From positions 199,125-263,124 of the forward strand of contig JBHGNT010000039.1 of NCBI GenBank assembly GCA_043228905.1: a stretch of DNA of 64,000 nucleotides, read 5' to 3'. This document shows, piece after piece, positions 12,191-27,100 of the stretch (its first letter is position 1; each line of letters opens with the position of its first letter). The notes under the pieces are model-generated. The model saw only the letters and a program-made list of their open reading frames with translations. It ran no database searches and had not been told where the DNA came from. This DNA comes from Azolla caroliniana (Eukaryota > Plantae > Polypodiophyta). The translations under genes were made by a program, and so were the position numbers.

Positions 12191-15100
12191 CATTTTAATT
12201 TACTCAAGGGCTCTTCTCAACTCCCTCCTCAAATTTGCTAATTTCGTCATGTCTCTCGACGTTAGTTTCAAAATCTTGATTTTTTAATTCGATATCATAG
12301 CTAGCGTTGTTAGCTTCGATTCGCATGTTTGAACACAAAAATCCGATATCACACGTGCTAGGTATAACCAATTTAATTTACTCAAGGGCTCCTCTCAACT
12401 CACTCCTCAAATTTGCTAATTTTGTCATGTCTCTCGACCTTAGTTTCAAAATCTTGATTTTTTAATTCCATATCATAGCTAGCGTTGTTGGCTTCGATTC
12501 GCATGTTTGAACACAAAAATCCGATATCACACGAGCCAGGTATGAACATTGTAATTTACCTACTAGCTCTTCTCAACTCTGTCCTCAAATTTGCTAATTT
12601 CGTCATGTCTCTCGACCTGAGTTTCAAAATCTTGATTTTTTAATTCCATATCATAGCTAGCGTTGTTGGCTTCGATTCGCATGTTTGAACACAAAAATCC
12701 GATATCACACGAGCGAGGTATGAACATTGTAATTTACCTACTAGCTCTTCTCAACTCCCTCCTCAAATTTGGTAATTTCGTCATGTCTCTCGACCTTAGT
12801 TTCAAAATCTTGATTTTTTAATTCCATAGCATAGCTAGCGTTGTTAGCTTCGATTCGCATGTTTGAACACAAAAATCCGATATCACACGAGCTAGGTATG
12901 AACATTTTTATTTACTCAAGGGCTCCTCTCAACTCCCTCGTCAAGGTTGCTAATTTCGTCATGTCTCTCGACCTGAGTTTCAAAATCTTGATTTTTTTAA
13001 TTCCATATCATAGCTAGCGTTGTTAGCTTCGATTCGCATGTTTGAACACAAAAATCCGATATCACACGAGCTAGGTATGAACATTTTTATTTACTCAAGG
13101 GCTCCTCTCAACTCCCTCGTCAAGGTTGCTAATTTCGTCATGTCTCTCGACCTGAGTTTCAAAATCTTGATTTTTTAATTCCATATCATAGCTAACGTTG
13201 TTAGCTTCGATTCGCATGTTTGAACACAGAAATCCGATATCACACGAGCCAGGTATGAACATTTTAATTTACTCAAGGGCTCCTCTCAACTCCCTCCTCA
13301 AATTTTGTAATTTCGTCATGTCTCTCGACCTGGGTTTCAAAATCTTGATTTTTTAATTCCATATCATAGCTAGCGTTGTTAGCTTCGATTCGCATGTTTG
13401 AACACAAAAATCCGATATCACACGAGCCAGGTATGAACATTTTAATTTACTCAAGGGCTCTTCTCAACTCCCTCCTCAAATTTGCTAATTTCGTCATGTC
13501 TCTCGACGTTAGTTTCAAAATCTTGATTTTTTAATTCCATATCATAGCTAGCGTTGTTAGCTTCGATTCGCATGTTTGAACACAAAAATCCGATATCACA
13601 CGTGCTAGGTATGAACATTTTTATTTACTCAAGGGCTCCTCTCAACTCCCTCGTCAAGGTTGCTAATTTCGTCATGTCTCTCGACCTGAGTTTCAAAATC
13701 TTGATTTTTTAATTCCATATCATAGCTAGCGTTGTTAGCTTCGATTCGCATGTTTGAACACAAAAATCCGATATCACACGTGCTAGGTATAACCAATTTA
13801 ATTTACTCAAGGGCTCCTCTCAACTCACTCCTCAAATTTGGTAATTTCGTCATGTCTCTCGACCTTAGTTTCAAAATCTTGATTTTTTAATTCCATATCA
13901 TAGCTAGCGTTGTTAGCTTCGATTCGCATGTTTGAACACAAAAATCCGATATCACACGAGTTAGGTATCAACATTTTTATTTACTCAAGGGTTCCTCTCA
14001 ACTCCCTCGTCAAGGTTGCTAATTTCGTCATATCTCTCGACCTGAGTTTCAAAATCTTGATTTTTTAAATCCATATCATAGCTAGCGTTGTTGGCTTCGA
14101 TTCGCATGTTTGAACACAAAAATCCGATATCACACGAGCCAGGTATGAACATTGTAATTTACCTACTAGCTCTTCTCAACTCCCTCCTCAAATTTGGTAA
14201 TTTCGTCATGTCTCTCGACCTGAGTTTCAAAATTTTGATTTTTTAATTCCATATCATAGCTAGCGTTGTTAGCTTCGATTCGCATGTTTGAACACAGAAA
14301 TCCGATATCACACGAGCCAGGTATGAACATTTTTATTTACTCAAGGGCTCCTCTCAACTCCCTCGTCAAGGTTGCTAATTTCGTCATGTCTCTCGACCTG
14401 GGTTTCAAAATCTTGATTTTTTAGTTCCATATCATAGCTAGCGTTGTTAGCTTCGATTCGCATGTTTGAACACAAAAATCCGATATCACACGAGCCAGGT
14501 ATGAACATTTTAATTTACTCAAGGGCTCTTCTCAACTCCCTCCTCAAATTTGCTAATTTCGTCATGTCTCTCGACGTTAGTTTCAAAATCTTGATTTTTT
14601 AATTCCATATCATAGCTAGCGTTGTTAGCTTCGATTCGCATGTTTGAACACAAAAATCCGATATCACACGTGCTAGGTATGAACATTTTTATTTACTCAA
14701 GGGCTCCTCTCAACTCCCTCGTCAAGGTTGCTAATTTCGTCATGTCTCTCGACCTGAGTTTCAAAATCTTGATTTTTTAATTCCATATCATAGCTAGCGT
14801 TGTTAGCTTCGATTCGCATGTTTGAACACAAAAATCCGATATCACACGTGCTAGGTATAACCAATTTAATTTACTCAAGGGCTCCTCTCAACTCACTCCT
14901 CAAATTTGGTAATTTCGTCATGTCTCTCGACCTTAGTTTCAAAATCTTGATTTTTTAATTCCATATCATAGCTAGCGTTGTTAGCTTCGATTCGCATGTT
15001 TGAACACAAAAATCCGATATCACACGAGTTAGGTATCAACATTTTTATTTACTCAAGGGTTCCTCTCAACTCCCTCGTCAAGGTTGCTAATTTCGTCATA

Positions 15101-18100
15101 TCTCTCGACCTAAGTTTCAAAATCTTGATTTTTTAAATCCATATCATAGCTAGCGTTGTTGGCTTCGATTCGCATGTTTGAACACAAAAATCCGATATCA
15201 CACGAGCCAGGTATGAACATTGTAATTTACCTACTAGCTCTTCTCAACTCCCTCCTCAAATTTGGTAATTTCGTCATGTCTCTCGACCTTAGTTTCAAAA
15301 TCTTGATTTTTTTAATTCCATATCATAGCTAGCGTTGTTAGCTTCGATTCGCATGTTTGAACACAAAAATCCGATATCACACGAGCTAGGTATGAACATT
15401 TTTATTTACTCAAGGGCTCCTCTCAACTCCCTCGTCAAGGTTGCTAATTTCGTCATGTCTCTCGACCTGAGTTTCAAAATCTTGATTTTTTAATTCCATA
15501 TCATAGCTAACGTTGTTAGCTTCGATTCGCATGTTTGAACACAGAAATCCGATATCACACGAGCCAGGTATGAACATTTTAATTTACTCAAGGGCTCCTC
15601 TCAACTCCCTCCTCAAATTTTGTAATTTCGTCATGTCTCTCGACCTGGGTTTCAAAATCTTGATTTTTTAATTCCATATCATAGCTAGCGTTGTTAGCTT
15701 CGATTCGCATGTTTGAACACAGAAATCCGATATCACACGAGCCAGGTATGAACATTTTAATTTACTCAAGGGCTCCTCTCAACTCCCTCCTCAAATTTTG
15801 TAATTTCGTCATGTCTCTCGACCTGGGTTTCAAAATCTTGATTTTTTAATTCCATATCATAGCTAGCGTTGTTAGCTTCGATTCGCATGTTTGAACACAA
15901 AAATCCGATATCACACGAGCCAGGTATGAACATTTTAATTTACTCAAGGGCTCTTCTCAACTCCCTCCTCAAATTTGCTAATTTCGTCATGTCTCTCGAC
16001 GTTAGTTTCAAAATCTTGATTTTTTAATTCGATATCATAGCTAGCGTTGTTAGCTTCGATTCGCATGTTTGAACACAAAAATCCGATATCACACGTGCTA
16101 GGTATAACCAATTTAATTTACTCAAGGGCTCCTCTCAACTCCCTCCTCAAATTTGCTAATTTTGTCATGTCTCTCGACCTTAGTTTCAAAATCTTGATTT
16201 TTTAATTCCATATCATAGCTAGCGTTGTTGGCTTCGATTCGCATGTTTGAACACAAAAATCCGATATCACACGAGCCAGGTATGAACATTGTAATTTACC
16301 TACTAGCTCTTCTCAACTCTGTCCTCAAATTTGCTAATTTCGTCATGTCTCTCGACCTGAGTTTCAAAATCTTGATTTTTTAATTCCATATCATAGCTAG
16401 CGTTGTTGGCTTCGATTCGCATGTTTGAACACAAAAATCCGATATCACACGAGCGAGGTATGAACATTGTAATTTACCTACTAGCTCTTCTCAACTCCCT
16501 CCTCAAATTTGGTAATTTCGTCATGTCTCTCGACCTTAGTTTCAAAATCTTGATTTTTTAATTCCATAGCATAGCTAGCGTTGTTAGCTTCGATTCGCAT
16601 GTTTGAACACAAAAATCCGATATCACACGAGCTAGGTATGAACATTTTTATTTACTCAAGGGCTCCTCTCAACTCCCTCGTCAAGGTTGCTAATTTCGTC
16701 ATGTCTCTCGACCTGAGTTTCAAAATCTTGATTTTTTTAATTCCATATCATAGCTAGCGTTGTTAGCTTCGATTCGCATGTTTGAACACAAAAATCCGAT
16801 ATCACACGAGCTAGGTATGAACATTTTTATTTACTCAAGGGCTCCTCTCAACTCCCTCGTCAAGGTTGCTAATTTCGTCATGTCTCTCGACCTGAGTTTC
16901 AAAATCTTGATTTTTTAATTCCATATCATAGCTAACGTTGTTAGCTTCGATTCGCATGTTTGAACACAGAAATCCGATATCACACGAGCCAGGTATGAAC
17001 ATTTTAATTTACTCAAGGGCTCCTCTCAACTCCCTCCTCAAATTTTGTAATTTCGTCATGTCTCTCGACCTGGGTTTCAAAATCTTGATTTTTTAATTCC
17101 ATATCATAGCTAGCGTTGTTAGCTTCGATTCGCATGTTTGAACACAAAAATCCGATATCACACGAGCCAGGTATGAACATTTTAATTTACTCAAGGGCTC
17201 TTCTCAACTCCCTCCTCAAATTTGCTAATTTCGTCATGTCTCTCGACGTTAGTTTCAAAATCTTGATTTTTTAATTCCATATCATAGCTAGCGTTGTTAG
17301 CTTCGATTCGCATGTTTGAACACAAAAATCCGATATCACACGTGCTAGGTATGAACATTTTTATTTACTCAAGGGCTCCTCTCAACTCCCTCGTCAAGGT
17401 TGCTAATTTCGTCATGTCTCTCGACCTGAGTTTCAAAATCTTGATTTTTTAATTCCATATCATAGCTAGCGTTGTTAGCTTCGATTCGCATGTTTGAACA
17501 CAAAAATCCGATATCACACGTGCTAGGTATAACCAATTTAATTTACTCAAGGGCTCCTCTCAACTCACTCCTCAAATTTGGTAATTTCGTCATGTCTCTC
17601 GACCTTAGTTTCAAAATCTTGATTTTTTAATTCCATATCATAGCTAGCGTTGTTAGCTTCGATTCGCATGTTTGAACACAAAAATCCGATATCACACGAG
17701 CTAGGTATGAACATTTTTATTTACTCAAGGGCTCCTCTCAACTCCCTCGTCAAGGTTGCTAATTTCGTCATGTCTCTCGACCTGAGTTTCAAAATCTTGA
17801 TTTTTTTAATTCCATATCATAGCTAGCGTTGTTAGCTTCGATTCGCATGTTTGAACACAAAAATCCGATATCACACGAGCTAGGTATGAACATTTTTATT
17901 TACTCAAGGGCTCCTCTCAACTCCCTCGTCAAGGTTGCTAATTTCGTCATGTCTCTCGACCTGAGTTTCAAAATCTTGATTTTTTAATTCCATATCATAG
18001 CTAACGTTGTTAGCTTCGATTCGCATGTTTGAACACAGAAATCCGATATCACACGAGCCAGGTATGAACATTTTAATTTACTCAAGGGCTCCTCTCAACT

Positions 18101-20505
18101 CCCTCCTCAAATTTTGTAATTTCGTCATGTCTCTCGACCTGGGTTTCAAAATCTTGATTTTTTAATTCCATATCATAGCTAGCGTTGTTAGCTTCGATTC
18201 GCATGTTTGAACACAAAAATACGATATCACACGAGCCAGGTATGAACATTTTAATTTACTCAAGGGCTCTTCTCAACTCCCTCCTCAAATTTGCTAATTT
18301 CGTCATGTCTCTCGACGTTAGTTTCAAAATCTTGATTTTTTAATTCCATATCATAGCTAGCGTTGTTAGCTTCGATTCGCATGTTTGAACACAAAAATCC
18401 GATATCACACGTGCTAGGTATGAACATTTTTATTTACTCAAGGGCTCCTCTCAACTCCCTCGTCAAGGTTGCTAATTTCGTCATGTCTCTCGACCTGAGT
18501 TTCAAAATCTTGATTTTTTAATTCCATATCATAGCTAGCGTTGTTAGCTTCGATTCGCATGTTTGAACACAAAAATCCGATATCACACGTGCTAGGTATA
18601 ACCAATTTAATTTACTCAAGGGCTCCTCTCAACTCACTCCTCAAATTTGGTAATTTCGTCATGTCTCTCGACCTTAGTTTCAAAATCTTGATTTTTTAAT
18701 TCCATATCATAGCTAGCGTTGTTAGCTTCGATTCGCATTTTTGAACACAAAAATCCGATATCACACGAGTTAGGTATCAACATTTTTATTTACTCAAGGG
18801 TTCCTCTCAACTCCCTCGTCAAGGTTGCTAATTTCGTCATATCTCTCGACCTGAGTTTCAAAATCTTGATTTTTTAAATCCATATCATAGCTAGCGTTGT
18901 TGGCTTCGATTCGCATGTTTGAACACAAAAATCCGATATCACACGAGCCAGGTATGAACATTGTAATTTACCTACTAGCTCTTCTCAACTCCCTCCTCAA
19001 ATTTGCTAATTTCGTCATGTCTCTCGACCTGAGTTTCAAAATCTTGATTTTTTAATTCCATATCATAGCTAGCGTTGTTAGCTTCGATTCGCATGTTTGA
19101 ACACAGAAATCCGATATCACACGAGCCAGGTATGAACATTTTTATTTACTCAAGGGCTCCTCTCAACTCCCTCGTCAAGGTTGCTAATTTCGTCATGTCT
19201 CTCGACCTGGGTTTCAAAATCTTGATTTTTTAGTTCCATATCATAGCTAGCGTTGTTAGCTTCGATTCGCATGTTTGAACACAAAAATCCGATATCACAC
19301 GAGCCAGGTATGAACATTTTAATTTACTCAAGGGCTCTTCTCAACTCCCTCCTCAAATTTGCTAATTTCGTCATGTCTCTCGACGTTAGTTTCAAAATCT
19401 TGATTTTTTAATTCCATATCATAGCTAGCGTTGTTAGCTTCGATTCGCATGTTTGAACACAAAAATCCGATATCACACGTGCTAGGTATGAACATTTTTA
19501 TTTACTCAAGGGCTCCTCTCAACTCCCTCGTCAAGGTTGCTAATTTCGTCATGTCTCTCGACCTGAGTTTCAAAATCTTGATTTTTTAATTCCATATCAT
19601 AGCTAGCGTTGTTAGCTTCGATTCGCATGTTTGAACACAAAAATCCGATATCACACGTGCTAGGTATAACCAATTTAATTTACTCAAGGGCTCCTCTCAA
19701 CTCACTCCTCAAATTTGGTAATTTCGTCATGTCTCTCGACCTTAGTTTCAAAATCTTGATTTTTTAATTCCATATCATAGCTAGCGTTGTTAGCTTCGAT
19801 TCGCATGTTTGAACACAAAAATCCGATATCACACGAGTTAGGTATCAACATTTTTATTTACTCAAGGGTTCCTCTCAACTCCCTCGTCAAGGTTGCTAAT
19901 TTCGTCATATCTCTCGACCTAAGTTTCAAAATCTTGATTTTTTAAATCCATATCATAGCTAGCGTTGTTGGCTTCGATTCGCATGTTTGAACACAAAAAT
20001 CCGATATCACACGAGCCAGGTATGAACATTGTAATTTACCTACTAGCTCTTCTCAACTCCCTCCTCAAATTTGGTAATTTCGTCATGTCTCTCGACCTTA
20101 GTTTCAAAATCTTGATTTTTTTAATTCCATATCATAGCTAGCGTTGTTAGCTTCGATTCGCATGTTTGAACACAAAAATCCGATATCACACGAGCTAGGT
20201 ATGAACATTTTTATTTACTCAAGGGCTCCTCTCAACTCCCTCGTCAAGGTTGCTAATTTCGTCATGTCTCTCGACCTGAGTTTCAAAATCTTGATTTTTT
20301 AATTCCATATCATAGCTAACGTTGTTAGCTTCGATTCGCATGTTTGAACACAGAAATCCGATATCACACGAGCCAGGTATGAACATTTTAATTTACTCAA
20401 GGGCTCCTCTCAACTCCCTCCTCAAATTTTGTAATTTCGTCATGTCTCTCGACCTGGGTTTCAAAATCTTGATTTTTTAATTCCATATCATAGCTAGCGT
20501 TGTTA
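12090..20505. repeat. Tandem duplication of a 21-monomer block (3740 bp); the second copy carries an extra 6-mer (27-mer, 4809 bp)
   Basis: GTCCTCAAA at 12581/16321, GAGCGAGG at 12711/16451 and ATTCCATAGC at 12821/16561 give offset 3740. TAGTTCC at 14422/19231 and TAAGTTTC at 15111/19920 give offset 4809, which equals 3740+1069. Confidence 0.88.
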
Positions 20506-21199
20506 GCTTTGATTCGCATGTTTGAACACAAAAATCCGATATCACACGAGCCAGGTATGAACATTTTAATTTACTCAAGGGCTCCTCTCAACTCCCTCCT
20601 CAAATTTGCTAATTTCGTCATGTCTCTTGACCTGAGTTTCAAAATCTTGATTTTTTAATTCGATATCATAGCTAGCGTTGTTAGCTTCGATTCGCATGTT
20701 TGAACACAAAAATCCGATATCACACGAGCCAGGTATGAACCAATTTAATTTACTCAAGGGCTCCTCTCAACTCACTCCTCAAATTTGCTAATTTCGTCAT
20801 GTCTCTCGACCTTAGTTTCAAAATCTTGATTTTTTAATTCCATATCATAGCTAGCGTTGTTAGCTTCGATTCGCATGTTTGAACACAAAAATCGGATATC
20901 ACACGAGCTAGGTATGAACATTTTAATTTACTCAAGGGCTCCTCTCAACTCCCTCCTCAAATTTGGTAATTTCGTCATGTCTCTCGACCTTAGTTTCAAA
21001 ATCTTGATTTTTTAATTCGATATCATAGCTAGCGTTGTTAGCTTCGATTCGCATGTTTGAACACAAAAATCCGATATCACACGAGCCAGGTATGAACCAA
21101 TTTAATTTACTCAAGGGCTCCTCTCAACTCACTCCTCAAATTTGCTAATTTCGTCATGTCTCTCGACCTTAGTTTCAAAATCTTGATTTTTTTAATTCC

Positions 21200-24100
21200 A
21201 TATCATAGCTAGCGTTGTTAGCTTCGATTCGCATGTTTGAACACAAAAATCCGATATCACACGTGCTAGGTATAACCTATTTAATTTACTCAAGGGCTCC
21301 TCTCAACTCACTCCTCAAATTTTGTAATTTCGTCATGTCTCTCGACCTGGGTTTCAAAATCTTGATTTTTTAATTCCATATCATAGCTAGCGTTGTTAGC
21401 TTTGATTCGCATGTTTGAACACAAATATCCGATATCACACGAGCTAGGAATGAACATTTTAATTTACTCAAGGGCTCCTCTCAACTCCCTCCTCAAATTT
21501 GCTAATTTCGTCATGTCTCTTGACCTGAGTTTCAAAATCTTGATTTTTTAATTCCATATCATAGCTAGCGTTGTTAGCTTCGATTCGCATGTTTGTACAC
21601 AAATATCCGATATCACACGAGCTAGGAATGAACATTTTAATTTACTCAAGGGCTCCTCTCAACTCACTCCTCAAATTTGGTAATTTCGTCATGTCTCTCG
21701 ACGTTAGTTTCAAAATCTTGATTTTTTAATTCCATATCATAGCTAGCGTTGTTAGCTTCGATTCGCATGTTTGAACACAAAAATCCGATATCACACGAGC
21801 CAGGTATGAACATTTTAATTTACTCAAGGGCTCTTCTCAACTCATTCCTCAAATTTGCTAATTTCGTCATGTCTCTCGACCTTAGTTTCAAAATCTTGAT
21901 TTTTTAATTCTATATCATAGCTAGCGTTGTTAGCTTCGATTCGCATGTTTGAACACAAAAATCCGATATCACACGAGTTAGGTATCAACATTTTTATTTA
22001 CTCAAGGGTTCCTCTCAACTCCCTCGTCAAGGTTGCTAATTTCGTCATATCTCTCGACCTGAGTTTCAAAATCTTGATTTTTTAAATCCATATCATAGCT
22101 AGCGTTGTTGGCTTCGATTCGCATGTTTGAACACAAAAATCCGATATCACACGAGCCAGGTATGAACATTGTAATTTACCTACTAGCGCTTCTCAACTCC
22201 CTCCTCAAATTTGCTAATTTCGTCATGTCTCTCGACCTGAGTTTCAAAATCTTGATTTTTTAATTCCATATCATAGCTAGCGTTGTTAGCTTCGATTCGC
22301 ATGTTTGAACACAAAAATCCGATATCACACGAGCTAGGTATGAACATTTTTATTTACTCAAGGGTTCCTCTCAACTCCCTCGTCAAGGTTGCTAATTTCG
22401 TCATACCTCTCGACCTGAGTTTCAAAATCTTGATTTTTTAAATCCATATCATAGCTAGCGTTGTTGGTTTCGATTCGCATGTTTGAACACAAAAATCCAA
22501 TATCACACGAGCCAGGTATGAACATTGTAATTTACCTACTAGCTCTTCTCAACTCCCTCCTCAAATTTGGTAATTTCGTCATGTCTCTCGACCTTAGTTT
22601 CAAAATCTTGATTTTTTAATTCCATATCATAGCTAGCGTTGTTAGCTTCGATTCGCATGTTTGAACACAAAAATCCGATATCACACGAGCTAGGTATGAA
22701 CATTTTTATTTACTCAAGGGCTCCTCTCAACTCCCTCGTCAAGGTTGCTAATTTCGTCATGTCTCTCGACCTGAGTTTCAAAATCTTGATTTTTTTAATT
22801 CCATATCATAGCTAGCGTTGTTAGCTTCGATTCGCATGTTTGAACACAAAAATCCGATATCACACGAGCTAGGTATGAACATTTTTATTTACTCAAGGGC
22901 TCCTCTCAACTCCCTCGTCAAGGTTGCTAATTTCGTCATGTCTCTCGACCTGAGTTTCAAAATCTTGATTTTTTAATTCCATATCATAGCTAACGTGGTT
23001 AGCTTCGATTCGCATGTTTGAACACAGAAATCCGATATCACACGAGCCAGGTATGAACATTTTAATTTACTCAAGGGCTCCTCTCAACTCCCTCCTCAAA
23101 TTTTGTAATTTCGTCATGTCTCTCGACCTGGGTTTCAAAATCTTGATTTTTTAATTCCATATCATAGCTAGCGTTGTTAGCTTCGATTCGCATGTTTGAA
23201 CACAAAAATCTGATATCACACTCGCTAGGTATAACCATTTTAATTTACTCAAGGGCTCCTCTCAACTCACTCCTCAAATTTGGTAATTTCGTCATGTCTC
23301 TCGACCTTAGTTTCAAAATCTTGATTTTTTAATTCCATATCATAGCTAGCGTTGTTAGCTTCGATTCGCATGTTTGAACACAAAAATCCGATATCACACG
23401 AGCCAGGTATGAACCAATTTAATTTACTCAAGGGCTCCTCTCAACTCCCTCCTCAAATTTGCTAATTTCGTCATGTCTCTCGACCTTAGTTTCAAAATCT
23501 TGATTTTTTAATTCCATATCATAGCTAGCGTTGTTAGCTTCGATTCGCATCTTTGAACACAAAAATCCGATATCACACGTGCTAGGTATAACCAATTTAA
23601 TTTACTCAAGGGCTCCTCTCAACTCCCTCGTCAAGGTTGCTAATTTCGTCATATCTCTCGACCTGAGTTTCAAAATCTTGATTTTTTAATTCCATATCAT
23701 AGCTAGCGTTGTTGGCTTCGATTCGCATGTTTGAACACAAAAATCCGATATCACACGAGCCAGGTATGAACATTGTAATTTACCTACTAGCTCTTCTCAA
23801 CTCCCTCCTCAAATTTGCTAATTTCGTCATGTCTCTCGACCTGAGTTTCAAAATCTTGATTTTTTAATTCCATATCATAGCTAGCGTTGTTAGCTTCGAT
23901 TCGCATGTTTGAACACAAAAATCCGATATCACACGAGTTAGATATGAACATTTTTATTTACTCAAGGGTTCCTCTCAACTCCCTCGTCAAGGTTGCTAAT
24001 TTCGTCATACCTCTCGACCTGAGTTTCAAAATCTTGATTTTTTAAATCCATATCATAGCTAGCGTTGTTGGCTTCGATTCGCATGTTTGAACACAAAAAT

Positions 24101-27100
24101 CCGATATCACACGAGCCAGGTATGAACATTGTAATTTACCTACTAGCTCTTCTCAACTCCCTCCTCAAATTTGGTAATTTCGTCATGTCTCTCGACCTTA
24201 GTTTCAAAATCTTGATTTTTTAATTCCATATCATAGCTAGCGTTGTTAGCTTCGATTCGCATGTTTGAACACAAAAATCCGATATCACACGAGCTAGGTA
24301 TGAACATTTTTATTTACTCAAGGGCTCCTCTCAACTCCCTCGTCAAGGTTGCTAATTTCGTCATATCTCTCGACCTGAGTTTCATAATCTTGATTTTTTA
24401 AATCCATATTATAGCTAGCGTTGTTGGCTTCGATTCGCATGTTTGAACACAAAAATCCGATATCACACGAGCCAGGTATGAACATTGTAATTTACCTACT
24501 AGCTCTTCTCAACTCCCTCCTCAAATTTGCTAATTTCGTCATGTCTCTTGACCTGAGTTTCAAAATCTTGATTTTTTAATTCCATATCATAGCTAGCGTT
24601 GTTAGCTTCGATTCGCATGTTTGAACACAAAAATCCGATATCACACGAGCCAGGTATGAACATTTTAATTTACTCAAGGGCTCCTCTCAACTCACTCCTC
24701 AAATTTGCTAATTTCGTCATGTCTCTCGACCTTAGTTTCAAAATCTTGATTTTTTAATTCTATATCATAGCTAGCGTTGTTACCTTCGATTCGCATGTTT
24801 GAACACAAAAATCCGATATCACACGAGTTAGGTATCAACATTTTTATTTACTCAAGGGTTCCTCTCAACTCCCTCCTTAAATTTGGTAATTCCGTCATGT
24901 CTCTCGACCTTAGTTTCAAAATCTTAATTTTTTAATTCCATATCATAGCTAGCGTTGTTAGCTTCGATTCGAATGTTTGAACACAAAAATCCGATTTCAC
25001 ACGAGCTAGGTATGAACATTTTTATTTACTCAAGGGCTCCTCTCAACTCCCTCGTCAAGGTTGCTAATTTCGTCATGTCTCTCGACCTTAGTTTAAAAAT
25101 CTTGATTTTTTTTAATTCCATATCATAGCTAGCGTTGTTAGCTTCGATTCGCATGTTTGAACACAAAAATCCGATATCACACGAGCTAGGTATGAACATT
25201 TTTATTTACTCAAGGGCTCTTCTCAACTCCCTCGTCAAGGTTGCTAATTTCGTGATGTCTCTCGACCTGAGTTTCAAAATCTTGATTTTTTAATTCTATA
25301 TCATAGCTAGCGTTGTTAGCTTCGATTCGCATGTTTGAACACAAAAATCCGATATCACACGAGCCAGGTATGAACAGTGTAATTTACTCAAGGGCTCTTC
25401 TCAACTCACTCCTCAAATTTGCTAATTTCGTCATGTCTCTCGACCTTAGTTTCAAAATCTTGATTTTTTAATTCCATATCATAGCTAGCGTTGTTAGCTT
25501 CGATTCGCATGTTTGAACACAAAAATCCGATATCACACGAGCCAGGTATGAACAGTGTAATTTACTCAAGGGCTCTTCTCAACTCACTCCTCAAATTTGC
25601 TAATTTCGTCATGTCTCTCGACCTTAGTTTCAAAATCTTGTTTTTTTTATTCCATATCATAGCTAGCGTTGTTAGCTTCCATTCGCATGTTTGAACACAA
25701 AAATCCGATATCACACGAGCCAGGTATGAACATTTTAATTCACTCACGCGCTCTTCCAACCTCACTCCTCAAATTTGGTAATTTTTCATGTCTCTCGACT
25801 TGAGTTGCAAAATCTTGATTTTTTAATTCCATATCATAGCTAGCGTTGTTAGCTTCGTTTCGCATGTTTGAACACAAAAATCCAATATCACACGAACCAG
25901 ATATGAACATTATAATTTACCTACTAGCTCTTCTCAACTCCCTCCTGAAATTTGGAAATTTCGTCATGTCTCTCGACGTTAGTTTCAAAATCTTGATTTT
26001 TTAATTCCATATCATAGCTAGCGTTGTTAGCTTCGATTCGCATGTTTGAACACAAAAATCCGATATCACACGAGCCAGGTATGAACATTGTAATTTACCT
26101 ACTAGCTCTTCTCAACTCCCTCCTCAAATTTGGTAATTTCGTCATGTCTCTCGACCTTAGTTTCAAAATCTTGATTTTTTAATTCCATATCATAGCTAGC
26201 GTTGTTAGCTTCGATTCGCATGTTTGAACACAAAAATCCGATATCACACGAGCTAGGTATGAACATTTTTATTTACTCAAGGGCTCCTCTCAACTCCCTC
26301 GTCAAGGTTGCTAATTTCGTCATGTCTCTCGACCTGAGTTTCAAAATCTTGATTTTTTAATTCGATATCATAGCTAGCGTTGTTGGCTTCGATTCGCATG
26401 TTTGAACACAAAAATCCGATATCACACGAGCCAGGTATGAACCAATTTAATTTACTCAAGGGCTCCTCTCAACTCACTCCTCAAATTTGCTAATTTCGTC
26501 ATGTCTCTCGACCTTAGTTTCAAAATCTTGATTTTTTAATTCCATATCATAGCTAGCGTTGTTAGCTTCGATTCGCATGTTTGAACACAAAAATCCGATA
26601 TCACACGAGTTAGGTATCAACATTTTTATTTACTCAAGGGTTCCTCTCAACTCCCTCGTCAAGGTTGCTAATTTCGTCATACCTCTCGACCTGAGTTTCA
26701 AAATCTTGATTTTTTAAATCCATATCATAGCTAGCGTTGTTGGCTTCGATTCGCATGTTTGAACACAAAAATCCAATATCACACGAGCCAGGTATGAACA
26801 TTGTAATTTACCTACTAGCTCTTCTCAACTCCCTCCTCAAATTTGGTAATTTCGTCATGTCTCTCGACCTTAGTTTCAAAATCTTGATTTTTTAATTCCA
26901 TATCATAGCTAGCGTTGTTAGCTTCGATTCGCATGTTTGAACACAAAAATCCGATATCACACGAGCCAGGTATGAACATTTTTATTTACTCAAGGGCTCC
27001 TCTTAACTCCCTCGTCAAGGTTGCTATTTTCGTCATGTCTCTCGACCTTAGTTTCAAAATCTTGATTTTTTTAATTCCATATCATAGCTAGCGTTGTTAG

